NCBI RefSeq assembly: GCF_025526975.1
Contig: NW_026515668.1
Span: 1,922,001-1,986,000, forward strand
DNA: 64,000 nt
Origin: Fimicolochytrium jonesii
Taxonomy: Eukaryota
Direction of reading: 5' to 3'
The position numbers and the translations under genes are program-made. This document shows, piece after piece, positions 60,735 to 64,000 of the stretch. Position 1 is the first letter of the stretch, and each line of letters begins with the position of its first letter. The notes below the pieces were generated by a model. The model was given only the letters and a program-made list of their open reading frames with translations, made no database searches and was not told the origin of the DNA.

Positions 60735-63572
60735 ATGGCATGGGAGCTTCCATGGACCCCCTTCTTCATGGTCTCGCCACGGAGTCATGACAGCCCACTT
60801 AACAGGAGCCAAAGTGCCGGAGCATATGTCTCAGCCTTCCGCTTGTTCCCCGCCGAGTTCACGGACCGAAACCTCGATAGGTGTCGGTTACCGAAAGAGC
60901 TTTTTGCAGAACGGAAACTGGAGGTGAATCAGTGGGTGGTGGTGATTATAGGCGATGAGGTATGGTCATGCCAGGCATGGAAAGGGCTGTCGTATTGCCT
61001 AGTCGCCGGCAGAAGAGTGACAAAGTGTTGATTCTTGGTTTTGTTCGAAGGTCCTGCATTGCCGCGCCTGGCCCGCGCTATACGAGCCCGTCGGCCAATT
61101 TCAGCCGTTTTGTCAGCCAAGCTATTATATTCGACGTCCAGCGAGTGCGCAAGAACATGCAGAATGGAGCACAGAAGCAGGGCCACAGAAATGTATGTTT
61201 TTGGTTTCGTTCCTTAGGCCCGCTTCCCGACGACGAGCTTGAACATCCGCCACAGGTCTTGTGAAAACGCTCCCACGGTCTCTTACTCCGGCGGACGTTG
61301 TGACCATCAATTTAACCGTTGAACACGCCTCAAGCACAGGCGATGCTGAAGAGCATTATCTTAACACGTCTAGTAAAGCGGCAAAAAGATTGGTGCGTGT
61401 GGCGATCAATGATTTCGGCACATATGGGGCTCTGATTGGGATGTTGATGCACAGGCGGCCAAAACGTTGCTTTCGGGCCTTGTCCTGTCACCCGGCTGCG
61501 TTATAGAGGACGGAACAGGAATCAAGATAGAGGTCAGTTATAGAGATGTCGCTGAGTCAAAGCTGTCATATTCCCACTGACACACATTTAGATCGTAGAC
61601 ATGGTCCCGCGACAAACCTTCGCTCTGTTCGCCAAATCCACCCGTGTGTCTATCGGAGCATCAGATCAATCGAGCAACTCAGAGACGACCGACCCCAGTC
61701 ATGAGCTTGTCGGCTCTTTCGAAAAGCTTTCGTTAGGCAAGAAGATCACCCCTAAACCCATCGATCCCATACCCGGGCTGGAGAAGGCGTATCAGGGCCT
61801 GATGGATGTGATCATGTACCCGCTCTTGTACCCTGCCATGATTGAGAAGCTTCATGTCGAGCCGCCGAAAGGTTCGTCTCAGTCTCTCATGCGCTTCATG
61901 GTGATGGAGGGGAACTGATCATCTGCGTCGCAGGCGTGCTATTATACGGGCCACCAGGAGTTGGAAAAACGTTTCTCGTTAGCAATATTGCGCGAGCTTG
62001 TGGAGCAAATTTGGTAAGGGCCATACTTTGTACTACATGGGAGACAAAACGAGAGTCTCATCGGTTGGCATGGCAGGTAATCATCCACGGCCCAGAGATT
62101 TTCGGCGCCTACCTCGGCGAAAGCGAAGAACGTCTCCGCTCCCGGTTCAAAGAAGCCCAGGACCTCGCCTCGCCCATTACGCCATGCATTCTCTTCATCG
62201 ACGAGATCGACGCCCTGACTCCCCGCCGTGAATCCACGCGTTCACAGGAAAATCGGGTGGTCGCTCAGCTTCTCACCTTGATGGATGGAATGTCGTCGAG
62301 GGGTTCGCTGATTGTGATTGGGGCTACGAACCTGCCGAACTCGATTGACCCGGCGCTGAGACGGCCGGGGAGGTTTGACAGGGAGGTGGCAATTGATGTG
62401 CCGTCGGAGGAAGCGCGGTTCACGATCCTGACCAACTTGACGCGGGATATGCCGTTGGATGCCGACGTCGATTTCCGTAAACTCGCGGCTGCGACGAATG
62501 GATACGTTGGTGCCGATCTTTCGGCCCTGTGCCGCGAAGCAGCGATGGAAGCGGTCCGCCAGTCGTCTGCATCTCACCTCACCGCGGTCCCTTACAGTGC
62601 CTTCGTCAAAGCGTTGGCACTCATGGGCGGACCCTCAACCCAGCGCGGCACTTCCGTCTCGTTGGAGAAGTTGACCTGGGACGACGTGGGCGGCCTAGAA
62701 CCCGTGAAGCAAAAACTCCGCCAATCCGTCGAATGGCCCCTCATGTACCGCGACACCTTCCGCAAACTCGGTCTGAAACCCCCCAAAGGCGTGCTCCTCT
62801 ACGGTCCGCCCGGCTGCAGCAAAACAACCCTCGTCAAAATCATCGCAGCAACCTCCGGCGCCACTTTCCTCTCCCTAAACGGCGCCGCGCTCTACTCCCC
62901 ATACGTCGGCGACTCAGAACAGGAGATCCGCACCATCTTCCACCGCGCACGCGCAGGGGCACCCTCCGTCGTCTTCTTTGACGAGATCGACGCCATCGTC
63001 GGGAAACGGTCCCTGTCCTCCTCCTCATCAAACACCAAATCAGACTCGGTGCAGGACCGCGTCCTCTCCGCCCTCCTCAACGAAATGGACGGCGTCGAGG
63101 CCGCTAAAGACGTCCTTGTGGTCGGCGCGACCAACCGACCGGACATGATTGATGCGGCGTTGATGAGGCCGGGGAGGTTCGATCGGGTGGTGTACGTGCC
63201 GCCGCCGGATAGAGAGGCGCGGGGGAAGATTCTGAGGTTGTATACGAAGGGGATGCAGGTGGCTGCGGATGTGGATTTGGACGGAATGGCGGAGAGGACG
63301 GAGAGGTATACTGGGGCGGATTTGAAGGCGGTATGCAGGGAGGCGGCTATGGAGGCGTTGAGGGCGCATGGGACGGCGACGAGTGTCGTGGTAAGTTTCG
63401 CTGGCCCCTTGGTCTGCTGGTCAGAGCACGAGCGACTTCTCTAAACTCTCTGAACCCCAAAAAGGAGCAGGAACATTTTGACGCAGCGCTGGTTGTCGTC
63501 AAACCGACGTTGTCGGGTGACATGCTGGATCAGTATACGGACTTCGCCAAGACTTTCGGGGCAGGGACTTAG
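60735..63572 (+). CDS. AFG2B: Double-ring AAA+ ATPase, AFG2B/SPATA5L1-like (start uncertain)
   Basis: GPPGVGKT / FIDEID and GPPGCSKTTLV..LYSPYVGDSE / FFDEID, RVLSALLNEMDG. Confidence 0.8.
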
Positions 63573-63839
63573 ATAGCGATCACGCTTTCTAGTGAAGAAC
63601 TGAGTATATGTGTATCGGCGTGTTATGATAGCGCATTGTAGATATGATGACCCTTTACAGCCGCAAGCAGACATGCTTTGGTTCCTGTCCCGCCATGTCC
63701 CGCCATGAACAGCTGCCTTTGATCTTTGGCAATAGTGGTCCAGTGACCGATTCACTCAAGGACGTAATCAATACGGTGTGTAATGGAAAGATAAAATGTA
63801 CATGCACAAGACGAGGCGAGAACCGCGGAAACTGCTCTA

Positions 63840-63977
<138 letters not shown>

Positions 63978-64000
63978 CTAAGAGGAGACAGAGACATTTT

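Overview
Intron-rich fungal DNA. A chytrid origin is inferred from gene content (HSBP1, Costars, LARP7-like, AFG2B/SPATA5L1-like, Hv1, a CCDC83-like coiled-coil gene). Host genes: ERG12 (partial), HSBP1, a PH-domain protein, an ACC-synthase-like aminotransferase, a secreted CVNH lectin, Costars, an HNH_2 nuclease, NUP82, ECO1, PPM1/LCMT1, a CinA/MoCF-domain protein, UFD1, LARP7-like, NoxB, a GNAT, Hv1 and AFG2B. The centre (21153-38201) is a three-level nest of mobile elements. The outermost is a ~3.5-kb DDE DNA transposon (18-bp TIRs, 8-bp TSD) whose transposase is split by an old Ty3/gypsy chromovirus (A; TSD GCTTG). Element A is itself interrupted by a younger chromovirus (B; TSD TGGCC). 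The most novel observation is that element A carries, between pol and its 3' LTR, an intact antisense four-exon gene for a 189-aa protein with a basic N-terminus and two tandem RING-like fingers, while its gag/pol are decayed. Element B shows a Tf1-type self-priming site and a G_GAU_UUU slippery site with a pseudoknot. Exon models were read by eye from GT-AG signals and no database searches were run.
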